A stretch of DNA of 64,000 bases, taken from NCBI RefSeq assembly GCF_000372725.1, contig NW_005202427.1:248001-312000 (forward strand), in the 5' to 3' direction. The position numbers and the translations under genes were made by a program. The notes under the pieces are model-generated. The model was not told where the DNA came from. It made no database searches and saw only the letters and a program-made list of their open reading frames with translations. This document shows positions 45,393 to 55,736 of the stretch, piece after piece. The stretch comes from Emiliania huxleyi CCMP1516. Taxonomy: Eukaryota. How positions within the stretch are numbered: position 1 is the stretch's first letter; every line of letters begins with the position of its first letter.

Positions 45393-47274
45393 CACGATGA
45401 CACAACCCACAGGAATAAATACTTGTGTCGCTAATGTTCGAACAAGCGGTCGTGTCGTGCACCTCGGGTGTTGGGGAGGTCGTTGGAGCCGCTCAGGACC
45501 ATTTTGGGGGCGCAATTCGCCTCGTTTCCCTTGAACACGCGGTTTCGCCCCCTCGGGAGCGCCCACATAATCGCGCGCCCCCCCCTGTGGCGACGGTCTC
45601 GCGCACCTGCGCCAGACCCCACCGCACTAGCTACATAGATCGTCAGCAGTAGGCGTGCTCAGAGCCCGGATTTGGGCCCATTCGCCAGAGGGCTCGAGAA
45701 TGGCGCCCGGCAACGTGCAGCTGCAGGCCAGAGGGCGTGAGGTGAGGCCGAATCCGCAGTCGCACGAGCACCGCTGCCCCCAGCGATGATCATGCATGGA
45801 GTGGCACGGCGGATAGGCCCGCCTGCGAGCGTGGAAGACAGTCGCGGGGCGTGAGGTCTCAATGTATCGCAGGCTAGGACCGGAGACGGCGGCGCGGGAG
45901 AGGGAGGGAAGCGTGAGCGGCGGGCGATGAGAGTGATTTCCCCGATCTCGCTAAAAATGGCCTAGTCCCCTCACGGGGGGCCGGGCGAGCACGCACCTCG
46001 CGTCTGGGCGCGAGTCGACGAGTGGTCGCCGAGAGATCGCCGAACCACGTTTCGAGTGCGCGCGCACACAGCACAGCTGCGGGTTGTAACTCGACTGCCG
46101 ATCGCGCGTGCGGGATCTGAATGGAGCTCGCTGGCGCCAGTGCACGGTGGCAGGGACTGGAGGCTCGGCCGAAGGGGAAGAGCAGTCCTCAATCGTCACG
46201 TAGAGGTCGCTGGGCTGGATCCATCGAACTGCCACACACCTGGAGCGGAGGCACATCAGGTCTTGCGGCACGCTCTCCGACAGATGCATGCCTTTTGAGC
46301 AATTCCACGCGCCTCCACCGTCGCGTAGTACGCCAGCGGCACGCCGGTACGCCTACGAGTCGTGCGCGCTCGGCAGTAATCGGCGTTGAGACTGCCTAGC
46401 GCGCACATCTAGAGCGCCGAGTTGCCTTGCCGCGGGGTAACCGGCTCAAAGAGGTGGGGTTCGAGCGGCGCCTGAGCGCGTGGGAATGCGTAGTGGGCTT
46501 GGAATGAGACGCCTGGCGTACATCGGGCTCGGACGGTGTCTGTTGTGAGCTCACCGCTCGACGCACAAACCAGGCTCTTTAGGCGCCCGCCAACTGGCCT
46601 CACGGTCGAGAGAGCGGAACGCGGCTCGCCGAACAGCAATACACGTGGCCGCACTACTGTAGAGGTACGAACAGGTATGCAGATCGCGGCGCGCCGACTA
46701 CTGGCACGGCGTCAGCGCCAAATTGACCAAGGGCTCTGCTGGCCTGTGCCACTCGCCGCCCTTCGGGCTCACACCACGGCTGGCCATCGCGTGAACAGGA
46801 CGTGCCCTTCCGTTTTAAGGCAGTTCAATACCTTCCCCACGGGACACCAGGTCGATATCCGGCTAAACCACACGACCCCGAGAAACGCATAAGCCGCCCC
46901 GGCGCCGCCTCCGATTCCGGCCGTATCGGCCATTTCGCTGGGGCGGCTTATGCGTTTCTCGCCAAAATGGTAAAGATGTCGAGCCAAAGCTGTCGACGCC
47001 GAGTTCGGCACCCGATTCGCCTTAAAACTGAAGGAGGGGGCGCGGCTCGGAGATGGCAAGGCACGGCGAGTGCAAACGTGCGGCTATTATGACGCTTTTA
47101 GGGGCTCCAAAACCTCCTTTTCAGCGGTAAGCGCCACCTGGCACCTCGCGCCGTGCCCCCCAGCCGCGTGTGCGATCGCCCACGGATCCGGGGCGGGGGA
47201 TGGGAGCCCGAAACGTCCACACAAGTATGCTCGGAGGCTCGTCAGAATGGTTTTTCAAGCGTTGTGTCATCGTG
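45393..47274. mobile_element. TIR element with CACGATG termini and 6-bp GGCTAA TSD
   Basis: cacgatgacacaac (45393-45406) and gttgtgtcatcgtg (47261-47274); ggctaa at 45387-45392 and 47275-47280; inner atacttgtg/cacaagtat. No transposase ORF recognised. Confidence 0.75.
46879..46961. repeat. 26-bp-arm hairpin within nested inverted repeats
   Basis: cgagaaacgcataagccgccccggcg (46879-46904) pairs with 46936-46961 with one G-T; outer arms ccttccgttttaaggc/gccttaaaactgaagg and cactcgccg/cggcgagtg. Confidence 0.85.
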
Positions 47275-47454
47275 GGCTAAGGGGCATCTCAGACACGTGC
47301 TGTGACCTTTGTTGATGCACGAGCGACGTGTATTGTGTGGAGTGGTGGTACATGGACACACACATTGAAATATGAAATACACACGACAGAGCTCAGAGGC
47401 GCACATCCACAGCGCAGCTCTAAAAACAGCTCTCCGCAACGGGGCGATGCGCTA

Positions 47455-48348
47455 TCACTGCTCCTCCGCCCCCGCCACCGCGGCCAATTCCTCCTCGGAG
47501 GCCTGCCCAAAATGGCGGCCGGCGATGCAGATGATGGTCGACAGCGCCGCTGCCTGCTCCACCACCGCCGCCTCCTCCTCGGCCGCAGGCCCCGCGCCGC
47601 TCGCCGCGCCGGCGCCGCTCGCGCCGCCGACGAGCGATGCGCGCATCTCGGCGCAAGTGCGGAGCAGCGCGCGGAGGGCCGCCGCGCTCTCGGCCGGGAG
47701 GACGGGCTCCAGGCGGAGCATCAGCGCGTACATCCAGCGCGCCAGCGGCTGCGAGAGCGCCGCGTCGCGCGAGAGGCGCGCGTGCAGCGCCTGCAGGACG
47801 ACCACCGCCGCTCGCTGCTCGAGCCGGCAGACCGCCGAGAGGCGCGGCCACTCGCCGCCGCCGCCGCCGCCGCCGCCACCGCCATTCGCGGGCGGGCCCA
47901 CGCAGAAGGCCTGCCACGCCTCCGCGTCGGAAATCGCCGGCATCGCCGGCGGAGAGGCGTCGCCCGCCGCGAGCACGGCGCCTGGGGCGATTGTGGCGAG
48001 GCGGCTCGACAGAGCGCGAAAGTCGGCGAGCAGCTCGTCCTCCCAGTCTCGACTCGGCACCCAGGCGGCGGGCGAGGGCGGCAGGGGCCGCGCGAGCGCA
48101 GCCACAGTGGGCCTCAAGGCCGGGTCGGAGGCCGGCCCGTCCTCAGGCGGCGGAGGCTCAGCCCGAACCACGTCCGGAAGCTGACGCGCCTGACGCCGGA
48201 CACGCCGGAGGTACTCGAGCCCGTCGGCCGGCGGTGCCGCCTGCGAAGCCGCGTCGGACGGCTCCTCGGCATCGTCGCCCAGTGGAAAGGCGGGCTGCTG
48301 CAGCCGCTCATCGTCAGCGTCGGCGGCCGCCGCGTAGACTAGCGCCAT
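47455..48348 (-). CDS. GEMIN2: Gemin2 (SMN-interacting protein SIP1)
   Basis: PPADGLEYLRRVRRQARQLPDVV, PSRDWEDELLADF, PRLSAV, RWMYALMLRLEPVLPAESAAALRALLRTC, IICIAGRHFGQ. Confidence 0.88.
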   Translation of the reverse strand: MALVYAAAADADDERLQQPAFPLGDDAEEPSDAASQAAPPADGLEYLRRVRRQARQLPDVVRAEPPPPEDGPASDPALRPTVAALARPLPPSPAAWVPSRDWEDELLADFRALSSRLATIAPGAVLAAGDASPPAMPAISDAEAWQAFCVGPPANGGGGGGGGGGEWPRLSAVCRLEQRAAVVVLQALHARLSRDAALSQPLARWMYALMLRLEPVLPAESAAALRALLRTCAEMRASLVGGASGAGAASGAGPAAEEEAAVVEQAAALSTIICIAGRHFGQASEEELAAVAGAEEQ

Positions 48349-49091
48349 GAAGGACCACCTCGGAGAACTTCCTTCTCAGAGAGAGAACGGGGTCGACACA
48401 GGCAGCTCTGATGGGTCGCGCTTCTCACCACACTAGGCACGTGGTCGGCGCGCTGCCACACCGCGACGTCAAAAGAATTTAAACAAGCCAACTCTCTCTC
48501 ACAGCACACAGGCTCGACACAGGTGTGAACTGGCGCGTGCTAGTACTCAAAAGAATTTAAACACACTCTGTCTCGTCAAAGAATTTTAGAACGTTCGTAC
48601 CGCCTCAGCGGAGCTCGGAATAGGACCGCCGCAAGCGGCGTGGCGTGGAGCGGTTGAGCATCCCTCCGGGGGCCCCTCTGCGCCGGGGAGGCGTTGTTGG
48701 AGGCTAGGACGCAAGCGTCCGTGCCCCTTTTCAAACTCGGGGCCCACTCCGCTACGTTACGCGGGCTCCGACCCGAATTTGGAGGGCCTAAAAGTTTAAG
48801 GTGTTGCTGCGCAAAAGGGGTCGGACACAGGGCGCAGCTCATGCTAAGAGCTAGAAGGGGAGCTAGAGAGAACGACTACCCTGTCCCGTTATTGCGTACA
48901 CCAACACCACACAAAAGCTCTCTCTCTCCTGTCCTCACTCACTCAGAGGGGGGTCACGCAACTACCGAGTCTCTCGACTAGCTGCCACGTTGCCTACCGA
49001 GAGCGGATCTCCTCCTGCTCCGCAAGGAGGGTGGCCAACGCTAAAGTCTTGCCGGAGCCGCCGGGCGTGTTGACGACTTGGAGAAGGTCGC

Positions 49092-49856
49092 CCCCTGGGT
49101 AGTCGACGGGCCCCCGGGGGCGACGGGGGTGCTCTCGCGGGGGGTCCCCCCAGTCAAGGGGGTCTGGGGCGCAGCCCCAGGTAGCCCGCCGCAGGCGCCG
49201 ATTTTTTGGGGCTTTTTTGACTGATTTTCATGACACATGAGGTGTTGCTACTATTTTGGGACCAGTTGAAGCCTAAAAATGGCTACAAATACAGCCACAG
49301 CAGCTGCTAGTCGTGAGCTGCTACTGTGTGGCAGAGCCCAGAGAGAGGGCTTTCAGGAGCACTATTCAGTTTGATCCAGCTCAATGTTGCGGAGTAGTAA
49401 CACTGTTCCGTTACCGTGAGCGGCCGGCGGCCGGCGGCGGCCGGTGGCGGCACGCGGAGCACTCCGTGAGCGCGGTGACGGGTGCGGACGAGCGAATGAG
49501 AGGTCCCTTTCAGTGAGAGATAGGCAGCCCTGGTCTCTAATAACACATCTTCCACAGATAGCGACCTCTCATTCGCTCGTCCGCGCCCGCCACTGCTAGT
49601 CGGGACACTCCCGGCGTGCGGCCCGGTCCCGGTCGTCACTCCGGTTGCTCGTGTTCACACCGTCAGAACTCAGCTCCGCTAAGGATCCAGCGTCTGAGAC
49701 TTGGGAATCTTACACAACTTTTGTAGTAGAGCACAATGGCACCCTTGCATCAAGTGCATCACTTCATTAATAGACCGTAATAGAGGTCCCCGTTTTCGGC
49801 CGCCGCGGCCGGAGAGCACCCCCGTCGCCCCCGGGGGCCCGTCGACTACCCAGGGG
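49092..49856. mobile_element. MITE/non-autonomous element with 45-bp perfect TIR
   Basis: cccctgggtagtcgacgggcccccgggggcgacgggggtgctctc (49092-49136) inverted at 49812-49856; direct repeat ggtcgccc overlaps both ends (TSD 4-8 bp depending on boundary). Confidence 0.85.
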
Positions 49857-50413
49857 TCGCCCTTGTACTTGTACTTGTAGAGATGCTCGATCGAGGGGGT
49901 GCTTTGTGGGGCGGTGCGCAGCCAGGCCAGCAGTGAGGGGAGGCGCACCCTCACTCTCCTCGGTTGCAGAGAGGGTCGCGACAGCAGTCCTCGGGCGAGC
50001 CGACGCGCATGTCCAACCAGTGCTGGGACTCGTTGTGACGGCAGACGCCGGCTGCCTCTCTCCACGCTTCTGCAGCGTCCTTCCTTCTTTGCCCGTGCAT
50101 GGGCTCGATCCGATTCCGCAGCGTGTCGTCCCCAGCGGCGGTGTTGCGCGGGAGGCGGCCGCGGGCACGCTGGGCTCGATCAGCTTTCCCTAGCACGAAT
50201 TTGGCGGCGGTTTTGGCTTCAATTTTACGAATGTCTTGGCACCAGCTGAAGGCTTGCGTCCGTCCACGGCCCAGATCGCACAGTTTCTACGGTATTCGGA
50301 TTTTGCTATTTGTTCGTGTGGGGGTATATTGCAGATTTGTCAATGGTACCGCGTCTGCGACGCGGGCGCCTTGCGGGCAGAGCCCTTAGGCCACCCTTTA
50401 TATCTTGCGCGGT

Positions 50414-50520
50414 CAAAACTCCCTCGCACGACACTAGGCACGGGACTGGCGCGCACTGGCACTCACACAGGAAAGAATTTTACAGCAAAACTCCCTCGCA
50501 CGACACTAGGCACGGGACTG
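50414..50520 (+). repeat. Two 35-bp direct repeats belonging to a dispersed CACGGGACTGGCGCGCACT / AAAGAATTT family
   Basis: caaaactccctcgcacgacactaggcacgggactg at 50414-50448 and 50486-50520; relatives at ~16861-16925, ~17130-17210 and ~48428-48590. Confidence 0.85.
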
Positions 50521-51147
50521 AAAAGAATTTTAGCACGCGCACAGCACGATTACGCGACAGACAAGGCGCGGGCGACGGCTTCCTCAGAACGACTCCCACT
50601 CCGGCGCCCGCCCCGCACTGACCGCACCCCTCAAGCGGGTCAGAGCTTTCTTTCTTGCTCGTATAGCCCGATCCCGATCATCCGGCCCGCTGGGTGCGCT
50701 TCTTAGCTACCCGGCTCTCTGGGTGTGAGGCTGCCGACTTGCACTCCAACCAAGTGGCTCTAGTTCCCGGACAAGAATTTGCGGAGCGCTGAGACCTGAG
50801 TGCTGAGAGGCCCCATTGGCATTTTGCCATTCCTTCTTCCCCTTCTCCTGCTCTTTCTTGGCGTGTTTCTAGGTGTATGGAGGAGAACGACTTCCAAGGA
50901 GGTCGAGAAAAGACGAGAGAGGGAGAGGGAGAGATGTATATAGCGCGGTAATTGTAACCAGATTGTAAAACTTTTAGCAAAGAGACTATAAAGTAGAAGT
51001 CAGTCAGATATCGAGTGTCGGCGCGAGTGCAGCCTGACGGAGTGCAGTGCTCTAGTGGCAGAAAAAGGGCTTTTCACCGTCGACATAACACTGACCCAAC
51101 CACCCATCATTCCACACGCACGATGCGACAGGACACCGCCTCACGGC

Positions 51148-52254
51148 TCACGCCGCGAGCCAGCTCTCGCCATTGTACTCCCCGCCGCCGAGTAGCCTCG
51201 CCGCCGCCGAGTTGCGCGCCGCCGTCGCGCCGCGTCCACCTCGCCTCGCCGCTTGCTGCAGCCGCGCCGCGCCGCGCGCTCTGGTCCGCGCGCAGCGGCC
51301 GCCGCGGCCGCTCGCGCCGCCATCGGCGGACGAGGCGCAATGCAGCAGCCGGCACTCGAGCAGCTGCAGCGCGTGCCGATACACGGTCAGATCGTTGGCA
51401 CTTTCCCGTGCGAGCTTGGAGAGCGTCTCTGGCTGGGCGGGCGGGTAGGCGGAGGAGTCCACCGGCCGTACGTGCGCGCGGCTTGCGGCGGCGACGTCGA
51501 GGCCGCCAAAGAAGCTCGGTAGCTGCAGTGTGAGCAGCTGGAGCGAGTCGGCCAGCCGCTCGAGCACGCCGACCCACAGGTAGCGATGCCGGAGGTTGTG
51601 CAGCGCCCGCGCGAGCGCGGCTCTCCTTGCCGCCGCGGGCGCGGGGTCGGCAACCTTGCACACAGCGGCCTGCCCGCAAAAGTAGCGCGTGATCGTGCCG
51701 ACCGCCGGCTGCGGCTCGACGCTCGCATACACGGCGTCCACGCCGGTCGAGCAGAGCGGCGACGAGTTGCTCGGCTGCCAGGCGGCGCGACAAAAAGGCT
51801 TGTGCGTGCGGCAGATGCAGTCGCGCCAAAAGTAGAAGGCCGATACCTGCATGCTCAGCGGCTCACGCAGCATGTTGATGTAGACCGGCCGCAGCGAGTT
51901 GCTGCCGAGCTGCGCAAAGTCGACGAAGTGGAGGTGCCGGTCGTAGAGCACGCGGCGGCGGCTCGCGAGTTCAGTGATCAGGCGGGCGAAGCGGCGCTGC
52001 TCGCCCTCGCTGATGGAGCAGTTGACGTAGTCATGCGAGCGCCGGAACTGGAAGCCGCACCGGCGCGACTGGTTGCGGATTATGTGCTCCAGCGTCGTCG
52101 ATCCGCACTTTGGGACGCGATTGAAGACGACGGCTCGCAGACCAGGCTCTGGCGCGCAGCGCGCGCAAACCTCGGTGGAGAGCGGGAGGGTGGAGCTGGC
52201 CATCGTTTCGACGCGAGTCCGAGCTCCGACGGCCCGCGGCGGGCGGCGGCGCAT
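51148..52254 (-). CDS. Heparan-sulfate/uronyl 2-O-sulfotransferase-like protein
   Basis: VVFNRVPKCGSTT (5'-PSB), YDRHLHFVDF, YINMLREPLSMQVSAFYF (3'-PB), YFCG, RYLWVGVLE..LPSFFGG. Confidence 0.85.
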   Translation of the reverse strand: MRRRPPRAVGARTRVETMASSTLPLSTEVCARCAPEPGLRAVVFNRVPKCGSTTLEHIIRNQSRRCGFQFRRSHDYVNCSISEGEQRRFARLITELASRRRVLYDRHLHFVDFAQLGSNSLRPVYINMLREPLSMQVSAFYFWRDCICRTHKPFCRAAWQPSNSSPLCSTGVDAVYASVEPQPAVGTITRYFCGQAAVCKVADPAPAAARRAALARALHNLRHRYLWVGVLERLADSLQLLTLQLPSFFGGLDVAAASRAHVRPVDSSAYPPAQPETLSKLARESANDLTVYRHALQLLECRLLHCASSADGGASGRGGRCARTRARGAARLQQAARRGGRGATAARNSAAARLLGGGEYNGESWLAA

Positions 52255-52353
52255 TCCGTGGTTCTCGATGTGACTCTGCTGCCACGACCCACGTGTGAGG
52301 CGAGTGACACTACGGGTGTCTCTTACCTCTCTCTATAGCTGCCTCACACTGCA

Positions 52354-54528
52354 CTAGTGCCTACATTCCAGACAGTGACTCTCCTCACACGCGCTCACGA
52401 GCAAACTCACCCGCCAGACGCCCTCTGGCTCTGCGTCGAGGGCCCACGAGCCGCAATCGATCGCGTCGCCTGGCCCGAGGAAGGGTTGCACCTCGTTGCG
52501 CCAGTGTGCCTCCGGTGCCTCTAGCGCGAGCTCAACCGGCCGCGCGAGCTCGACGACCCCTCCCGCCTGCCTCTCACGACTCCGCTGGAGTGCCACGCAG
52601 AGGCACCAGTCCTCGACGAGGTAGACGAACACCTGCCAGCTTACGAGCTCTGCCGCGCACAAGCGCAGCAGCTGCGCCTGCAGCTGCTGGCGGAGCAGCA
52701 CCTCCGCCTCGGCCAGCGCCGCCTCGTCAAGAGCGCTCACGCCGAGCTGCTTGTCTGCTTCAGCCACCTCCAGCCACCAGTCGGCCGGGAGCCCGCGAGC
52801 CAGCTGGCGATCGATCACGGCGAAGAGCGGCGCAAAGTAAGGGAATCGGATCGCCGTCGTCTGCGATGCGCCGGCGGGCACGGCCGGTGGCGGCGCGAGT
52901 GGCCAGTGGAAGCGGCCATGCTCGCCGATGGCGGGAGCAAAGGTGCACGCGAGGCGGACGTTGGCGTGGCCTTGGTCGAAGTGGGTAATGGCGAGGCACG
53001 CGCGAGCCAGCGCCGCCGCGAGGGGCTCGAAGCTGCGCAGGAGCGCGTTGGACGGCATCTCGAGCGAGTCGTGTGCGGCCTCCAGGTAGGCCTCCCAAAG
53101 GGCGGGCGTCAGCCAGAGCTCGATCGTCGTCTCGCCGTCCGCGTCCCTCAGCCGGAGCGCGGTCTGCTTGAAGCAGCGGAGGAGGTGCTCGGTCCCGCAC
53201 AGCAGCGCAGCGTGAGCCGCAAGGCGGGGCGTGCGGTGGAGCGACCGGTCGAACAGCCGCGCCAGAGTGGCGACCACCCCGTCGGCGTGCAGCGCCGGCC
53301 CGGCCTCCTCCCCCGCCCCTCGCCGCCCGCCCGAGCGCTGCCCGGCGGGCGGCACGTGCTCCGCCACGAAGGCCTCGCACAGCGACACGTGCGGCGTGCC
53401 GCGCGCGCAGAGGAGCTCGCCCAGAAGCTCGGGCAGGAAGCCGCAGAGCAAGGCGGCGTGGGGCGGCGGGGCAGCGTGCAACCTGAGCGGCGGCGCCTCC
53501 TCCGCCGGCCGTGCCTCCTCCTCCCTCGCCGCGGCCGCGGCCGCCTCGACCCGCCTCTGCGCACCACGCAGCACCTGCTGCAGGTTTGGCGGCGCGACGC
53601 CCGAGGCAGTGTGCAGCGCGCTGAGCGACGCGACAGCGCGGGCTGCGCTCTCCGCAGTGAACAGCCCCGCGCCCGGAGGAGGCACCCTGCTGAGGCAGAG
53701 CACCACCGGCTGCCTCGGCCGACGCGCCTCCGCCTCGACCGCCGCCGCCTCGCCGTCCGCCCCGTCGGCAAAGAGCTGAGAGAGGTACGACAGCCTCTCC
53801 ACCAGCCGCAGCACCTGCTCGGGAATGAGCACCAGCCGCCGGCCGTGGTCCGCCACCTCGGCGCCCCGCTCGACGCGCAGCAGGGCGCTTGCATTGACGA
53901 AATAGAGCGACCTCATCGACGCACGCACCAGCTGCTCGGAGCGTTGCAAGACAGTCGCGGGAGCCGCCGCACCCGCGCTCGCCATCATCCGGTCAAGGTG
54001 ATCGCCACCGATTTCGATGAGCGAGATCTGTGCGTACCGCACGGCAGGCCGCGCCTCCGAGCCACGCGCGAGCCGCGCGAGCTCCTCCGTGGCGATGGGC
54101 AGCTCAAACTCGGAGCAAAAGAAGGCAAAGTCCTCGAGGGTGAGGAGCATCGTGGCACGGCCGACGTCGGTGTCGATGAATGGCGGCTCGTCCATCGGCG
54201 GCGCCGCCGGCGATGCGAGTAGAGACGCGTTGAGGAACGATGAGCTCACGATGGGCAGGAACGATGCCAACGCGAGCCACGAGGCGTCGCCTGCGTTCGT
54301 GAACGCGTGCAAGAAGGTGCTCTTACCCGCATTCTGGTCGCCGAGCAGCAGGAATGTGTAGCAGACCGTCTCGCTCTCGTCGCCGCAGCCCGCGAATGGC
54401 GAGCTTAACGCGACGAGATCGCTCACCAGCTCGTCGTGCAGATCAGCGTGCGTGAAGGAGGCCCGCTGGATCCAGCACTTCTCGCCGGTCTGCTCGAGCG
54501 TCAACTCGGAGGTGCCGCAGGAGCACAT
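52354..54528 (-). CDS. Divergent P-loop (Ras-like) NTPase-domain protein
   Basis: [17 protein letters not shown]alker [11 protein letters not shown] at the G3 position; ~724-aa intronless ORF. Confidence 0.6.
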   Translation of the reverse strand: MCSCGTSELTLEQTGEKCWIQRASFTHADLHDELVSDLVALSSPFAGCGDESETVCYTFLLLGDQNAGKSTFLHAFTNAGDASWLALASFLPIVSSSFLNASLLASPAAPPMDEPPFIDTDVGRATMLLTLEDFAFFCSEFELPIATEELARLARGSEARPAVRYAQISLIEIGGDHLDRMMASAGAAAPATVLQRSEQLVRASMRSLYFVNASALLRVERGAEVADHGRRLVLIPEQVLRLVERLSYLSQLFADGADGEAAAVEAEARRPRQPVVLCLSRVPPPGAGLFTAESAARAVASLSALHTASGVAPPNLQQVLRGAQRRVEAAAAAAREEEARPAEEAPPLRLHAAPPPHAALLCGFLPELLGELLCARGTPHVSLCEAFVAEHVPPAGQRSGGRRGAGEEAGPALHADGVVATLARLFDRSLHRTPRLAAHAALLCGTEHLLRCFKQTALRLRDADGETTIELWLTPALWEAYLEAAHDSLEMPSNALLRSFEPLAAALARACLAITHFDQGHANVRLACTFAPAIGEHGRFHWPLAPPPAVPAGASQTTAIRFPYFAPLFAVIDRQLARGLPADWWLEVAEADKQLGVSALDEAALAEAEVLLRQQLQAQLLRLCAAELVSWQVFVYLVEDWCLCVALQRSRERQAGGVVELARPVELALEAPEAHWRNEVQPFLGPGDAIDCGSWALDAEPEGVWRVSLLVSACEESHCLECRH

Positions 54529-54799
54529 TCGGCGACGCTGCTGGCGACGGAGCCGGCGACGCTGTCGGCTCGCGGCGGCGCGACTGGGTCGACCCGCGGC
54601 GGAGAGGGGCCGCACAGTGGGCGAGGAGGACGAGGGCCGCCTCTCGCCCGCCTCCCGCCCGCTAAACCGCGAGGTGGGGGCCGGGAGCCGAAAGTGCGCC
54701 TGGCTGCAGCGGCGCGGGCGGTTGCGGGTGAGCCACCCTTCGAGGCAAGGACCCCTCCAAAAAATGAAATCGAATATCATCCCTCAAACCAGCTCAGCC

Positions 54800-55162
54800 A
54801 TGCCGCCCGCCAAGAAGACGCCCGCCAAGAAGTCCGCCAAGAAGCCGTCCGGCGGCGGCGAGAAGAAGCGCAAGAAGAAGCGCGTCGAGTCGTACTCGTC
54901 CTACATCTACAAGGTGCTCAAGCAGGTGCACCCGGACACCGGCATCTCCTCCAAGGCCATGTCCATCATGAACTCGTTCATCAACGACGCGTTCGAGCGC
55001 ATCGCCGTCGAGGCGGGCAAGCTCGTGCGCTACAACAAGAAGGGCACCCTCTCGTCGCGCGAGATCCAGACCGCCGTCCGCCTCATCCTCCCCGGCGAGC
55101 TCGCCAAGCACGCCGTCTCGGAGGGCACCAAGGCCGTCACCAAGTACACGTCCAACGCCTAA
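54800..55162 (+). CDS. H2B: Histone H2B
   Basis: [70 protein letters not shown]; intronless. Confidence 0.98.
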   Translation: MPPAKKTPAKKSAKKPSGGGEKKRKKKRVESYSSYIYKVLKQVHPDTGISSKAMSIMNSFINDAFERIAVEAGKLVRYNKKGTLSSREIQTAVRLILPGELAKHAVSEGTKAVTKYTSNA

Positions 55163-55181
55163 GCGGCGCACCACACCCCCC

Positions 55182-55197
55182 GGTGTTTCTAAACACC
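55182..55197 (+). promoter_or_regulatory. Histone mRNA 3' stem-loop-like element
   Basis: GGTGTT-TCTA-AACACC followed by ACC, 19 nt after the H2B stop: 6-bp stem and 4-nt loop, as in the canonical histone stem-loop. Confidence 0.75.
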
Positions 55198-55380
55198 ACC
55201 CTAGATCGCACTGTGTGGCATTTGTGTCCGGTGCACTCTTGTCTCTTCGTCAAGCGGCTTGGGCCTTGCCCTTGGCCGGCCCCCGCTTGCTGCTCTACCC
55301 AGACGCGAGCGAGCGTGTAGTGTAACCTTCCAGGATTTTAAGGTGACCGTACACCTGACCGAGAATTGGCTGAAGGTTCA

Positions 55381-55494
<114 letters not shown>

Positions 55495-55736
55495 TGACCG
55501 CTGTCAGTGCGAGCCGCCCTGAATGAACGCCACGAGCGCCGCCGCGAGCGCCATAGCGCCGCAAACGTTGACGAACGAGCGCCGTCAGCAGCGCGTGCAC
55601 CTCCACCCAAAAGCGGAGGTGCATGAGGAGGTGCAGCCGGCATGCTCTATCAACCCCGCATCCGCGCAGGCGCGATTTGTAAAATTCTTTCTCTCCATCC
55701 ACGCGTTCGGTTACAGGTCGCGCAGCGTTCGGCGCG

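Noticed and set aside
49027..50397. Possible outer TIR pair agggtggcc/ggccaccct
   Set aside because: Only 9 bp and no TSD; could be chance in GC-rich DNA.
50414..50520. CRISPR-like repeat-spacer-repeat (35 bp / 37 bp)
   Set aside because: Only two repeats, no cas genes, eukaryotic context, and the 'spacer' is itself part of a dispersed motif family.
54452..54799. 116-aa N-terminal extension on H2B
   Set aside because: Starts at a non-ATG codon, overlaps the opposite-strand gene, and the ATG at 54800 gives a normal H2B.
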